Positions 9,694 to 19,402 of a stretch of 64,000 nt of DNA are shown here, in pieces. The first letter of the stretch is position 1. Every line of letters begins with the position of its first letter. The position numbers and the translations under genes are program-made. This DNA comes from Candidatus Bathyarchaeia archaeon (GTDB lineage Archaea; Thermoproteota; Bathyarchaeia; 40CM-2-53-6), in the NCBI GenBank assembly GCA_035935655.1, contig DASYWW010000062.1, forward strand, positions 270,632 through 334,631, read 5' to 3'. Below the pieces are notes generated by a model. It had not been told where the DNA came from. It saw only the letters and a program-made list of their open reading frames with translations, and searched no databases.

Positions 9694-10689
9694 TTGGAAC
9701 TTCTGGAAGCCGACTCCTTAGCGAAATCCTTCACGGTTAGAGAAGGCCCGGTCTTCCGGAAAAACCCGAAAACGGTAACAGCACTAAGAGATGTTAGCTT
9801 CAGAGTCAAGAGAGGCGAGGTCTTCGGCCTACTAGGGCCCAACGGCGCCGGAAAGACAACCACCATCAAGATCCTCTGCACCCTCATCTCGCCTACCGCA
9901 GGGGACGCGTTCGTCAACGGACACAGCGTCACGCGGGCACCACAGAAAGCCCGACAAGACCTTGGAGTAATGCTCACGGGGGACAGGACACTTTACTGGA
10001 AACTGACGGGAAGAGAGAATTTGGAATATTTCTCTGCCCTTTACCATATGGAGAAAGAGTTCGCGAAGAAACGAATAGAGCAAGTTCTCAAACTGGTCGG
10101 TCTCGAGGACCGACAGAACACTCTTGTTGAGAACTATTCCACGGGGATGAGGATCCGGCTTTCCTTCGGCAAGTCGATTTTACACGAGGCTCCAGTGATT
10201 CTTCTTGACGAGCCGACCATGAGCCTCGATCCACAGTCGGCCCGTCTCATCCGAGAGATCATACAAGACCTTCGAAAGAAAGGCCATGCGATTGTGTTAA
10301 CAACTCACTACATGGAGGAAGCGGACCAGCTGAGCGATCGCGTGGCGATTATTGACCAGGGAAGAATAATTGCGCTCGCTCCACCTGCGGAGCTCAAAGA
10401 GTCAGTTATGAAAAGCGAAACGGTAGACATCGAAGCTAGAAACATTGACCCGCGAGTCGTTGAGCAGTTGCGGGGATTAGATGGCATTACCGAAGTCGCC
10501 TCGTTCGTTGAAGATGCTTCATCGATGAAAGGCGTGATCAAGATACACGCCAAAGATGCGAAAGATGCAATACCAGAAATGCTGGATGTGCTGGTAAAAG
10601 GAGGTGTAGAAGTCTCCAATCTGAAAGTCGCTGAGCCTACTTTGGAGGATGTTTTCATCAGCCTTACGGGGAGGGCTCTTCGTGACTAG
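9694..10689 (+). CDS. ABC transporter ATP-binding protein (ABC-2/DrrA-like)
   Basis: Walker A GPNGAGKT, signature YSTGMRIRL, Walker B ILLDEPT. TTG start. Confidence 0.9.
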   Translation: MELLEADSLAKSFTVREGPVFRKNPKTVTALRDVSFRVKRGEVFGLLGPNGAGKTTTIKILCTLISPTAGDAFVNGHSVTRAPQKARQDLGVMLTGDRTLYWKLTGRENLEYFSALYHMEKEFAKKRIEQVLKLVGLEDRQNTLVENYSTGMRIRLSFGKSILHEAPVILLDEPTMSLDPQSARLIREIIQDLRKKGHAIVLTTHYMEEADQLSDRVAIIDQGRIIALAPPAELKESVMKSETVDIEARNIDPRVVEQLRGLDGITEVASFVEDASSMKGVIKIHAKDAKDAIPEMLDVLVKGGVEVSNLKVAEPTLEDVFISLTGRALRD

Positions 10690-11512
10690 CCTGCTCGATC
10701 TCGCCCCCTTGGGCGCGATATTCAAGAAACAGGTGCGCCACCTCATGCGCTACCCTGGCGAGTTCGTCTTCGTTCTCATCATTCCATATTTCCTCACTGC
10801 GATGGTTTTCGCAATGGGGACCGCAGCCGGCGGATCAGGCGCGGTTTCAAACTTCTCAGCCCAAACGGGGTCCACCCTCAACCCGTTCGTCTATCTGATC
10901 ATTGGGGCTGGGGTTTGGATGATCTCGTGGATGGTCTTGGAAGGAATAGGAACTTCCTTGCGAGACGAGCAGATTAAGGGAACACTGGAACAGAATTTCC
11001 TCGCACCGATCAATCGGTTTCTACTGCTAGTCGGAACGGCACTCGCACAGATCGTAATAACGACGATACTCTTCGTCACAGTTATCGCTACCACTGTTCT
11101 AGTGCTTGCGCCTGGAAGCGCTGTTGGGCTCATCTGGGCCTTCGGGATCCTTATGGTAGGCCTCATTCCACTTTTCGGAATAGGCTTTGTCTTCGCGGCC
11201 CTGGTGGTCAGGTTCAAGGAGCCATACGCGTTCACCCAGGCTGCGAACGTGCTATTTGCAGTCGTGACGGGAACATTCTACAGCGTAGCTGTCCTCCCCG
11301 TCTGGGTCCAAGTCATTTCATTTGGAATCCCGCAGACCTTTGTGATACAAGACATGAGACTCGTCGTGGAGTCTGTGAACAGCCTTTTCGGAGCCGCGGG
11401 TACAATATTGGTGCTTTTGACGATGGCCGTCATCTACCCGTTTCTGGGGTATTCTTTCTTCAAACTCTTTGAGAAGAGGGCTAAGATTCATGGCGACCTT
11501 TCCAAGTTCTAG
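10682..11512 (+). CDS. ABC-2 type transporter permease
   Basis: Six predicted TM helices directly downstream of the ATPase. A GTG at 10682 overlaps the upstream stop by 8 nt. The ORF is open from ATG 10649. Confidence 0.75.
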   Translation: MTSLLDLAPLGAIFKKQVRHLMRYPGEFVFVLIIPYFLTAMVFAMGTAAGGSGAVSNFSAQTGSTLNPFVYLIIGAGVWMISWMVLEGIGTSLRDEQIKGTLEQNFLAPINRFLLLVGTALAQIVITTILFVTVIATTVLVLAPGSAVGLIWAFGILMVGLIPLFGIGFVFAALVVRFKEPYAFTQAANVLFAVVTGTFYSVAVLPVWVQVISFGIPQTFVIQDMRLVVESVNSLFGAAGTILVLLTMAVIYPFLGYSFFKLFEKRAKIHGDLSKF

Positions 11513-12332
11513 TGCACTGGGTCGGCTTTTAGCCGAGATGAGGGCAGCCTTCGTCAAGGATATTCGAGTCTACTTCCGGTATCCGTCTCTTATTCTAAGT
11601 GAGTTCATCACGTTGCCTGCCTGGTTTGTCCTTTTTGCGGTTGGAGTGGCAGCCAACTTTGTTCGTAAGGGAAATGTGACAAGTACCCTAGGAGCCCCTT
11701 CAACTTTCAGCTTCTTCTACTGGGGGTTTGTCTTCCTCATCGTATTTAGTACCAGCATATGGGGAATTGGACAGTACATCAGAACTGAACAGCTCCAGGG
11801 AACTATAGAGCAATTGTTTGTTGCTCCCATTAGCAGAGTCAGCATCATCTTTGGAAGATTTGCCCGCACCTTCTTCACTGACTTGGCGATAATCGCCTAT
11901 ACGGCACTGTTGATCGGAGGGCTGGGTCACCAGCAAGTTTCAATCGGGAATCCTCTCTTGTTTGTCCTCACTTTCGCCATACTATATCTTGGGGTCCTGG
12001 GCTTCGGCCTCGTATTTGCTGGTATAACATTCAGAATAAAGTCGTTCAACATTCTGTCAAACCTGACTCAGTTCTTGGTGATCGGGCTATGCGGCGTTTT
12101 CTTTCCTTTGGAAGTCCTTGGACCGGTTAAGGTGGTCTCTTTCGCGATCCCGTTCACATATTTTGCGGATTTGCTGAGGTATGCAGCCTCAGGCTCGATA
12201 ACAATAATCGATCCTGCCTTGGAGGTTTTGGTTGCCGTAGTCCTTAGTGTTGGACTGTTTACTGTGGGCCTATTTGTGTTCAAGGCGACGGAGAAGTACG
12301 CGCAGACCCGGGGTTTGATTGGGACCCACTAG
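11490..12332 (+). CDS. ABC-2 type transporter permease (second subunit)
   Basis: Polytopic membrane ORF and paralog of the preceding permease. Both share the ..EQ(I/L)(K/Q)GT(L/I)EQ(N/L)F(L/V)API(N/S)R.. segment. Confidence 0.75.
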   Translation: MATFPSSSALGRLLAEMRAAFVKDIRVYFRYPSLILSEFITLPAWFVLFAVGVAANFVRKGNVTSTLGAPSTFSFFYWGFVFLIVFSTSIWGIGQYIRTEQLQGTIEQLFVAPISRVSIIFGRFARTFFTDLAIIAYTALLIGGLGHQQVSIGNPLLFVLTFAILYLGVLGFGLVFAGITFRIKSFNILSNLTQFLVIGLCGVFFPLEVLGPVKVVSFAIPFTYFADLLRYAASGSITIIDPALEVLVAVVLSVGLFTVGLFVFKATEKYAQTRGLIGTH

Positions 12333-12750
12333 GCCCGACTTTTCTGCCTAGAATGTTCAGATGGTATAGGATGTAGACCATCAGTCCTCCAACGGCGTCC
12401 AAAGCAACTGCTCCAACGACAAGAGTAATGTCGTTGACTATTCCACCCTCGAGATACGCCATCCACTGCTGAAGGGCCCCCCACATTGATCCAACCGCGA
12501 CCGCAATGCCCATCGCCAAAAGGGCCTTCTTCTCAGGAGGGAGTTTCACCTTCAGGTTGAGCACCCAGCTCGACACGACAATCGCCCAGACGAGATGAAG
12601 CAACAATGTGAAGGGAGTGATGTTGAAGGGGTCGAAGAGGTTCAAAACAAACCCGACACCAGATATCAGCAGGGCACTAGAGGTTGAGACGAGGGTTATG
12701 CTAAGCCATCTGGGGGTAGTATCCAACAATCGCTGCGCAGTGAAAGTCAT
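12280..12750 (-). CDS. hypothetical membrane protein (4 TM)
   Basis: 156-aa hydrophobic ORF with no recognised family. Confidence 0.5.
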   Translation of the reverse strand: MTFTAQRLLDTTPRWLSITLVSTSSALLISGVGFVLNLFDPFNITPFTLLLHLVWAIVVSSWVLNLKVKLPPEKKALLAMGIAVAVGSMWGALQQWMAYLEGGIVNDITLVVGAVALDAVGGLMVYILYHLNILGRKVGPSGSQSNPGSARTSPSP

Positions 12751-12753
12751 TCT

Positions 12754-13224
12754 CTAGTCCTCACGCTTCTTTGCCGTGATTGTCGTCGATTGGTGAAGAT
12801 GGAGCGGTAGCGAGAATCGGATCTTGTGTTGCCTGAGAAACAGGCTCAATCGGGGCCAGTGCTGGACTGCAACAACGCTTCCTATTAGCCCGCCCGACAA
12901 GGAGAGAATGGCGTAAGTTGCTGTCAAAATCCCAACAGCAGTCTGAAAAGCAACAGACCAAAGCCCGCTTGGAAGACTCAAGAGATTGGTTGCAACCCAA
13001 AGTCCAATACTTGCCAGTCCACCCAGCGTCCCTGCAAAGAAGCCCGCGAGCGCCCCCTTCCATGGGCCTTGCTTGATGATGACCCCTGCGACCAGTCCCG
13101 ACACAAAAGGTCCTATTTGTGGTAGGGCGACTCCGATGATCAGATTGATGAGGAATCCCACCCCAATTGCCAGCAAAAGATCTCCCTTGGTATCAGCAGG
13201 GGAGTCGGAGCCTTGTCTACCCAT
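12754..13224 (-). CDS. hypothetical Gly-rich membrane protein
   Basis: The internal ATG (M70 of the 225-aa ORF) avoids overlap with the divergent HAD gene. The product has four Gly/Ala-rich TM helices. Confidence 0.5.
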   Translation of the reverse strand: MGRQGSDSPADTKGDLLLAIGVGFLINLIIGVALPQIGPFVSGLVAGVIIKQGPWKGALAGFFAGTLGGLASIGLWVATNLLSLPSGLWSVAFQTAVGILTATYAILSLSGGLIGSVVAVQHWPRLSLFLRQHKIRFSLPLHLHQSTTITAKKRED

Positions 13225-13338
13225 CGCACGCTCGTCCCTAATCTCAAGGACACAGAGGGCGCTTTCGTGATATGCCGCTCGTAACCTCAAGGAAACCCAT
13301 ATGGTTACATTCCCACGCCAATTTCTCGCCTGAGAACA

Positions 13339-14049
13339 TTGAGGGGTGCAATATTCGACTGGGACGGAACTCTCGCCCAGATTGACGACCGCGAGTTCTA
13401 CTGCATCAACCAAACCCTCACAATGCATCACTCAAAACCGATCGATCGCGAGTTTCTTGTCAAGAACTACTACCAGCGGGCTTACGAGATCGGTACGGGA
13501 CCGCGTATGGTTCTGGAAACCGCTCTGTCGCGAGAAAGCGGTACGAGGATCGATGAGGCTTATGAGACATATCGACAACTGTTCAGGGACTCAGTGGACA
13601 AGGCGAGGCTTCAGAACGGTGCGCTGGAACTCTTGTCCTCTCTGAGAGCCCGCGGGTCCAAGCTTGGGATTGCCACGATGAGATTCACGAGGTCCACAGT
13701 AGCAGAAGAGCTGGGCCTGTTGAAAGTTGCCCCCCTAGTCGATGTGCTCTTTACTCGAGAGGATCTTGGCCCTGCAAGGGGACTGGAGTCGTTAGAGGAA
13801 GTCGTTGACAAAAGGAAACAGTTGGTGATGAGGGCGTTGGAAAGATTGAAGCTTCGTGTCGAGGATGCGTTTCTTGTGGGCGATTCTTGGTGGGATGTTA
13901 GAGCGGGAAGGAAGCTCGGAATACGGACCGTCTTAGTTCGAACGGGGTTCGCGCGCTATAACGACTTTTCGAAGGAGGGTGCCGACGTTACGGTCAGTTC
14001 TCTCCTTGAGCTAGAGAAGCGGTTAGAGTCGAAAGCCTGGACCCTATAG
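13339..14049 (+). CDS. HAD-superfamily hydrolase (phosphoglycolate phosphatase-like)
   Basis: Motif I FDWDGTL, motif IV GDSWWD. TTG start. Confidence 0.8.
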   Translation: MRGAIFDWDGTLAQIDDREFYCINQTLTMHHSKPIDREFLVKNYYQRAYEIGTGPRMVLETALSRESGTRIDEAYETYRQLFRDSVDKARLQNGALELLSSLRARGSKLGIATMRFTRSTVAEELGLLKVAPLVDVLFTREDLGPARGLESLEEVVDKRKQLVMRALERLKLRVEDAFLVGDSWWDVRAGRKLGIRTVLVRTGFARYNDFSKEGADVTVSSLLELEKRLESKAWTL

Positions 14050-14529
14050 AGCACTACTTGGGGACGATACACGGCTACCCCGGTTGAGATACCTGTCAAT
14101 TGTCTTGCGAGTGAAAGAGTCTAGTTTCAGATTGTAGGCCGCGCCGGGATAGACCCAGACATAATCCTGTATTTCCGTCTGGTCAAGTTTGACCTCTTGG
14201 TCTTTGGATTTACAGTAAAAGTCAATAAAGATGAAATGTTTCTTCTTGTAGAACTCAGGCGCGAGAATGGCTTCTTGCACCAGAAGCATCTCCACCACCT
14301 CCACGTCCAGTCCAACTTCCTCTCTGACTTCCCTCTTCACCGCATCAACCATACTCTCTCCAACTTCGATATGTCCACCTGGGAGAGTGTACTTGTCGAA
14401 CCACTTGTGAGATTTCGCTAACAGGATCTTGCCATTCGTGTCGACGATGAGGGCCCCTACCGTTGGTTCAGGAAATACCTGCTTGGCCATAGTATCAGTG
14501 AACGATGGTCGCGGGTTTGAGGAGCTCAA
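14044..14529 (-). CDS. NUDIX hydrolase
   Basis: Nudix box GGHIEVGESMVDAVKREVREEVGL. Confidence 0.85.
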   Translation of the reverse strand: MSSSNPRPSFTDTMAKQVFPEPTVGALIVDTNGKILLAKSHKWFDKYTLPGGHIEVGESMVDAVKREVREEVGLDVEVVEMLLVQEAILAPEFYKKKHFIFIDFYCKSKDQEVKLDQTEIQDYVWVYPGAAYNLKLDSFTRKTIDRYLNRGSRVSSPSSAL

Positions 14530-15338
14530 TGCAGATCAGTGGTCGTGATAGGTTCCATTCCCTTCTTCTCAAGCACGTTTAGGAGCGCGTTTATTCCAAG
14601 CCAGTCGCTTGCAATGTGTCCCAGAACGATCAGGTTTCCAGAGTCCTCGTTTGCAAGCCTTGTTAGATCCGGCTCTGCAATGTGAATGTAGGAAAGTGTT
14701 CCCACTCCGTTCTGGAAGTACGTCCTTGCAATCTCGTAGCCGCCATTAGTGTAGGCGGCGTGGCTGATCGCAATCTTTCCCGCCCGACTCCTTGGAGAGC
14801 CCAGCCTAATCTCAATCTTGGATACGGCTTTTTGATATTCAGGAAAACGCGCAATTCTAGAGACAACATCTTTCACTGTTGAATCTCTATCGAGATCTTT
14901 CAGAACCCTTTGAATCATCTTTCGGCCAATCTCGTCGCATGGGCTGTGGATTGAAACTAGAGGAATTCGAAGTTTCTTGGCTGCGCTAGGTACCTGATCA
15001 TAGTTGTCAGGATGATGCTGAAGTTCCATCACCCGCAGCTTGGGCTGAACGGCCTCCGTTGCAACGCCTTCAGGTACACCTGCCTCTTTCAGCTGGTCGA
15101 TGTGGCGGAGGAATACCTTGTAGCCATCGATCCTTGCTCTGCCTCCTGCTGGATGGTGTGCGATTACCGCGTCACATCCAAGGTTTCTGGCTAGAAGAAG
15201 TTCAGCTACTCCGACATCGATCGCGACGAGGGCTTTGCGAATCCTTCGTCCTTTAACGTGAACTTCGCTGTCAGCAGGGACGTTCTTGAATCCTGCCAGC
15301 ATCAGCGATGTGCGCATTATCTGCTGAGTATCCATCAA
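14526..15338 (-). CDS. Nif3-family dinuclear metal centre protein
   Basis: ..DAVIAHHP.. and C-terminal ..VLGHIASD.. motifs. Its stop overlaps the NUDIX start by 4 nt. Confidence 0.75.
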   Translation of the reverse strand: MMDTQQIMRTSLMLAGFKNVPADSEVHVKGRRIRKALVAIDVGVAELLLARNLGCDAVIAHHPAGGRARIDGYKVFLRHIDQLKEAGVPEGVATEAVQPKLRVMELQHHPDNYDQVPSAAKKLRIPLVSIHSPCDEIGRKMIQRVLKDLDRDSTVKDVVSRIARFPEYQKAVSKIEIRLGSPRSRAGKIAISHAAYTNGGYEIARTYFQNGVGTLSYIHIAEPDLTRLANEDSGNLIVLGHIASDWLGINALLNVLEKKGMEPITTTDLH

Positions 15339-15367
15339 GGGCTTTCACGCCAAAAGGGGCGATGGGG

Positions 15368-16786
15368 TTATGCTCTTCCGCCCTTGGTCATCTTCTTGAG
15401 ATCTAGGATTTCGTCAAGTTTCTCTTTCGGGAGGATGTTCTCCTCTAGAATCACTTCTCGGATCGACTTGTTCTCATCTACGGCCTTCTTAGCAACCTTC
15501 GCCGCATTGTCATAGCCGATATGCGGTGTTATCGCCGTTACAATCATCAGGCTTCTATCCGCATAGTTGTAGCATTTTTCACGATCAGCCGTTATTCCTG
15601 AGACGCACTTCTCAGATAGCACCCTGGAACCGTTCGCTAGAATTTCTATTGACTGGAGGAGGTCATAGGCTATAACAGGCATCATGATGTTGAGTTCCAG
15701 TTGTCCGAGCGACCCGCAGACGGTGATGGCGGCATCGTTTCCGATGACCTGAGCCGCGACCAGGTTGACAGCTTCAGGAATTACCGGATTGACTTTTCCC
15801 GGCATTATGCTCGATCCAGGCTCGGTAGCTGGCATGTCTATTTCCGCAAGCCCTGTGCGGGGTCCAGAGTTGAGTAGCCGGAAGTCGTTGGCGATTTTCA
15901 TGAGACTGGCAGCAATGGTCTTCAGCTGCCCGCTCGCCTCGATGCACGCGTCTTTTCCCTGCATCGATTCGAAAATGTTTTCGGCTTTCTTGAAGTTGAA
16001 GGCAGTGAGCCTGTTAACCTCTCTTATCGCTAGCTCTGCGTACTTGGGGTGAGCATTCAGGCCTGTACCGGTTGCGGTTCCTCCAAGTGGCAGTTCTAGC
16101 AAGGTGTCTCGGGCAAGTTCCGCCCTTCTGATACCGTGTCGTATCATACTCGCATAAGCGCTGAACTCCTGGCCGAGCGTGACAGGTACCGCATCTTGGA
16201 GGTGAGTTCGACCAGCTTTTACCACACCGTCAAATTCGACTGTCTTGTTCTCGAGTGCTTTGGCGAGCGATTGTAACGCGGGAATTAGCTTTCTCCCGAT
16301 CGCTTCCGCCGCGGAGACGTGAATGGCTGTAGGGAAAACGTCGTTGGTCGATTGGCACATGTTCACATGGTCATTTGGGTGAATGACCTTCTTGTCTCCG
16401 CGTTTTCCACCAAGAAGCTCGATTGCACGATTTGCGATCACTTCGTTAGCGTTCATGTTGGTCGAGGTGCCGCTACCGGTCTGGAAGACGTCAACTACAA
16501 ACTGCTCATAGAGTGAGCCGTCCATTACTTCCTTAGCGGCTGAGACAATAGCCTCGCCCTTTTTCGGGTCGAGGAGTCCCAGCTGCATATTCGCCTTCGC
16601 TGCGGCCAGTTTGATCAGAGCCATAGCCCGAATGAAATCTTTAGGTAGCCGAACTCCCGAGATCGGGAAGTTTTCGACAGCCCTCTGGGTCTGAGCCCCG
16701 TAATACGCGGAGTTCGGGACCTTGACCTCTCCCATTGTATCACTCTCAACCCGATATTCCTCAACCGTTACCATCGTTGGAGTCAA
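15368..16786 (-). CDS. fumC: class II fumarate hydratase
   Basis: GSSIMPGKVNP signature, plus QTGSGTSTNMNANEVIANRA and YYGAQTQRA, which fit fumarase better than aspartase. Confidence 0.9.
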   Translation of the reverse strand: MTPTMVTVEEYRVESDTMGEVKVPNSAYYGAQTQRAVENFPISGVRLPKDFIRAMALIKLAAAKANMQLGLLDPKKGEAIVSAAKEVMDGSLYEQFVVDVFQTGSGTSTNMNANEVIANRAIELLGGKRGDKKVIHPNDHVNMCQSTNDVFPTAIHVSAAEAIGRKLIPALQSLAKALENKTVEFDGVVKAGRTHLQDAVPVTLGQEFSAYASMIRHGIRRAELARDTLLELPLGGTATGTGLNAHPKYAELAIREVNRLTAFNFKKAENIFESMQGKDACIEASGQLKTIAASLMKIANDFRLLNSGPRTGLAEIDMPATEPGSSIMPGKVNPVIPEAVNLVAAQVIGNDAAITVCGSLGQLELNIMMPVIAYDLLQSIEILANGSRVLSEKCVSGITADREKCYNYADRSLMIVTAITPHIGYDNAAKVAKKAVDENKSIREVILEENILPKEKLDEILDLKKMTKGGRA

Positions 16787-17156
16787 CTAACGCTCGATAG
16801 GATTTGGCGGATTAAAAAGACTCTCTATCTACGCAAGGAACAACACATGAGAACAGCTTTGGCAAGTTGCCAGAAGCGGAATAGTTTCGCTCTTCTCTAC
16901 GGTCTAAACAGGCGTACTCTCCTAGCTCAAGCAGGTTGCTCTCGGTAAAGAAGATTCGACAGAATAGCATCGTCTTACGCAAGCAAATCGAAGCGGTCAC
17001 ATCTCTTCTCAAGCAAATAGATTATGACCGCAAGGCTCTCCGTCATAGCAACGACCGCTAGTCTCTGTCGAGTGATCGAGGCGCCGATTTCTCGCGGACA
17101 AGTTGTAACATTTACATTCCGATCCGCTTGGCTCCGAACACTCTAGGGACCATGCG

Positions 17157-18068
17157 GTGAGGCTAGTTAGGTTTCAGCAGAAAACGGGAGAGAACAGAGT
17201 CGGCGTCTTGGTAGACGTGAATCATATCGCCGAGATAGCTGGTGCGAAGGCCTCCCCTGAACCACTCCTCGATTTCCTTAAGGACCCCAAGTCGGAATCC
17301 AAAGCCCAACTAGCAGCAGAATCTGTAAAGAAGAATTTAGACCGAGGCAAACAGAACGAGAAAGGGGTATGGAGCCTCGACTCCGTTACAGTATTACCAC
17401 CGATAGCGCACCCAACCAAGATCATCTGTATGGGCGGCAACTTCTCGGATCATCTCGCCGAGGGAAGCAGTTCGCTTCCACCCTTTCCAATATCCTTCCT
17501 CAAAGCACCCACATCACTTGTAGGCCATCGGGCATCTGTGATATATCCGAGAAGAGTCAAGCTTCTCGACTATGAGGTCGAACTTGCGACTGTCATCGGA
17601 ATAAAGTGCAAGGATATTGTCAGAGAAGATGCCCTTCTGTATGTGGCAGGTTTCTCCGTGTTCAACGACATCAGTGCGAGGGATATTCAGTTTGCCGAGA
17701 TGAAGCGCGGGTTCTGCAACCTCGGTAAGAACTTCGATACTTTCGGTCCAATGGGCCCCTGCCTAGTAACACCGGATCAGGCGGGAAACCCGGACAGCCT
17801 TGGAATGGAACTTCGGGTGAACGGTCAAGTCCGTCAGCTGTCGAGCACAAAGAACATGGTATTCAAAGTTCGAGAGCTGGTCGAGTTCTTCTCATCCATG
17901 ACATTGGAGCCTGGTGACATCATAACATCCGGAACGCCATCGGGCGTCGCGATTTACAGGAAACCCGACAAAGAACCCTATCTCCTCAGACCAGGAGACG
18001 GGATAGAGGCGAAGATCGAAAACCTCGGACGCCTCCAGAATACGATAGTGGACGCATCGCAAGCCTAA
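17157..18068 (+). CDS. fumarylacetoacetate hydrolase (FAH) family protein
   Basis: ..DYEVELA.. , ..FNDISARD.. , ..KNFDTFGPMGP.. , ..GDIITSGTPSGV.. Confidence 0.85.
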   Translation: MRLVRFQQKTGENRVGVLVDVNHIAEIAGAKASPEPLLDFLKDPKSESKAQLAAESVKKNLDRGKQNEKGVWSLDSVTVLPPIAHPTKIICMGGNFSDHLAEGSSSLPPFPISFLKAPTSLVGHRASVIYPRRVKLLDYEVELATVIGIKCKDIVREDALLYVAGFSVFNDISARDIQFAEMKRGFCNLGKNFDTFGPMGPCLVTPDQAGNPDSLGMELRVNGQVRQLSSTKNMVFKVRELVEFFSSMTLEPGDIITSGTPSGVAIYRKPDKEPYLLRPGDGIEAKIENLGRLQNTIVDASQA

Positions 18069-18141
18069 GACACCAATTACGGATATTCCTATTGTGAGAA
18101 CCCCCGAATTCTTTTTCAACGCCCGTTCGTAGCGACCCGTA

Positions 18142-18259
18142 GGGCCCGTAGCTCAGCCAGGTAGAGCACCGGAAGAGCGGCGTTAGTGCTCTGGTGAGGC
18201 TTTTAGCCTTCGAAGGGGACACCCGGCTGTCCCGGGTTCAATTCCCGGCGGGCCCGCCA
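18142..18259 (+). tRNA. tRNA-Lys(UUU) with two introns flanking the anticodon loop; CCA encoded
   Basis: GGGCCCG-TA-GCTC-AGCCAGGTA-GAGC-A-CCGG[26 nt]G-CTTTTAG-C[15 nt]CCGG-CTGTC-CCGGG-TTCAATT-CCCGG-CGGGCCC-G-CCA. Total 118 nt, which is 77 nt plus 41 nt. An alternative stem (TGAGG/CCTTC) gives the same anticodon. Confidence 0.7.
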
Positions 18260-18291
18260 AGAAAATGGGAATGTTGGCTGTCAGGTCTTTG

Positions 18292-18900
18292 CTAGGATGC
18301 TTTTGTGGGCAGGGGTGGAAGGCGAGGTTTTTCGGGACCTTCGTAGCGGATCAGGTTTTTCGCCTCCAGAGTTTCTTGAAGCTTGTTGACTGCGATGTGC
18401 ACCTGGATCTCTTTCTTTGCTCCCGTGCAAACTAGTTTGCCACTTGCGAATACTAGAATCACCACTTTCGGTTCATCCATTCTGTAGATGAGACCTGGAA
18501 ATTGTTCTGGTTCATACATGGTTTTCTTCAAACCGTAAACTGCTTTTTCCAGATCAATGTGGCCTCCTAGTCCGCACGATGCGACAATATTTTGTATCAT
18601 TATTTCCGGCCTACCTAGGATCACGATTCCATCTCTCTTCAGTTCATCGACGACTTTCAATACTGCTTGGCGCGCTTGGCGTTCAGATTTTGCGCCGGTG
18701 CATACCATTTTTCCAGAGCTGAAAATTAGAGTCGCAGTTTTTGGCTTCTTTAACCGGTAGACGAGGCCGGGAAATTGTTCTGGGCGATATTCGACCCCAG
18801 GGAAGACGCGGACAATTGCGTTGAGGTCTATTCTCTGTTTCAGCGTCGCGGAGGCGACTACGTTTTCAATATTGATGAATGCCCTGTTCTTATCGGACAA
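18292..18900 (-). CDS. tbp: TATA-box binding protein
   Basis: Two direct TBP repeats (IENVVAS..EQFPGLVYRL..MVCTGAKS and IQNIVAS..EQFPGLIYRM..LVCTGAKK). TTG start. Confidence 0.92.
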   Translation of the reverse strand: MSDKNRAFINIENVVASATLKQRIDLNAIVRVFPGVEYRPEQFPGLVYRLKKPKTATLIFSSGKMVCTGAKSERQARQAVLKVVDELKRDGIVILGRPEIMIQNIVASCGLGGHIDLEKAVYGLKKTMYEPEQFPGLIYRMDEPKVVILVFASGKLVCTGAKKEIQVHIAVNKLQETLEAKNLIRYEGPEKPRLPPLPTKAS

Positions 18901-19077
18901 ACGGTTTCAACACCCGCGTTTTGGAGCCCAAAGTTGTCCCGCCTTTAAAAGGAGGTTCCTTATATAGGGTCGATTGGCCGACGCCGCAATAGCCGGTTGC
19001 GCCAATTTGGGCGGGCAAAAAGGGGGGTTGAAGTCGGCGCCGGTTAAGTAGTCGGTCGAGTTGCCGGGCCAGTATTT

Positions 19078-19386
19078 TTACGGGATTTCTATCATGACTG
19101 AGCCATCTTGTTCTTTGACTTTGTATGCTGTGACCTTCAAGGTCGGAATGATTGTGAAGGAGCCTGTGCGAACGTCAAACTTCCATCCATGCCAAGGGCA
19201 AGTAACCACGGAGCCGTTGAGATTCCCCTCTCCTAATGGTCCTCCTCGGTGTAGGCAGACATTTGCTAGCGCGAAAAGCTCGTCTTTGACTCGAAACAGG
19301 GCTATGCTTCTTCCTTCGGCGCTTACGACCTTGCCGAATCCCTCACGCAGCTCGCTCTTCTCTGCAACCTTCACGAACCTAGCCAA
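19078..19386 (-). CDS. Rieske-type [2Fe-2S] ferredoxin (NirD-like)
   Basis: CLHRGGPL..17..CPWHGWKF cluster ligands. A TTG at 19386 gives ~102 aa and avoids overlap with the upstream gene. The ORF is open to 19461. Confidence 0.8.
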   Translation of the reverse strand: MARFVKVAEKSELREGFGKVVSAEGRSIALFRVKDELFALANVCLHRGGPLGEGNLNGSVVTCPWHGWKFDVRTGSFTIIPTLKVTAYKVKEQDGSVMIEIP

Positions 19387-19402
19387 AGTGTGATTCGCTC
19401 TC

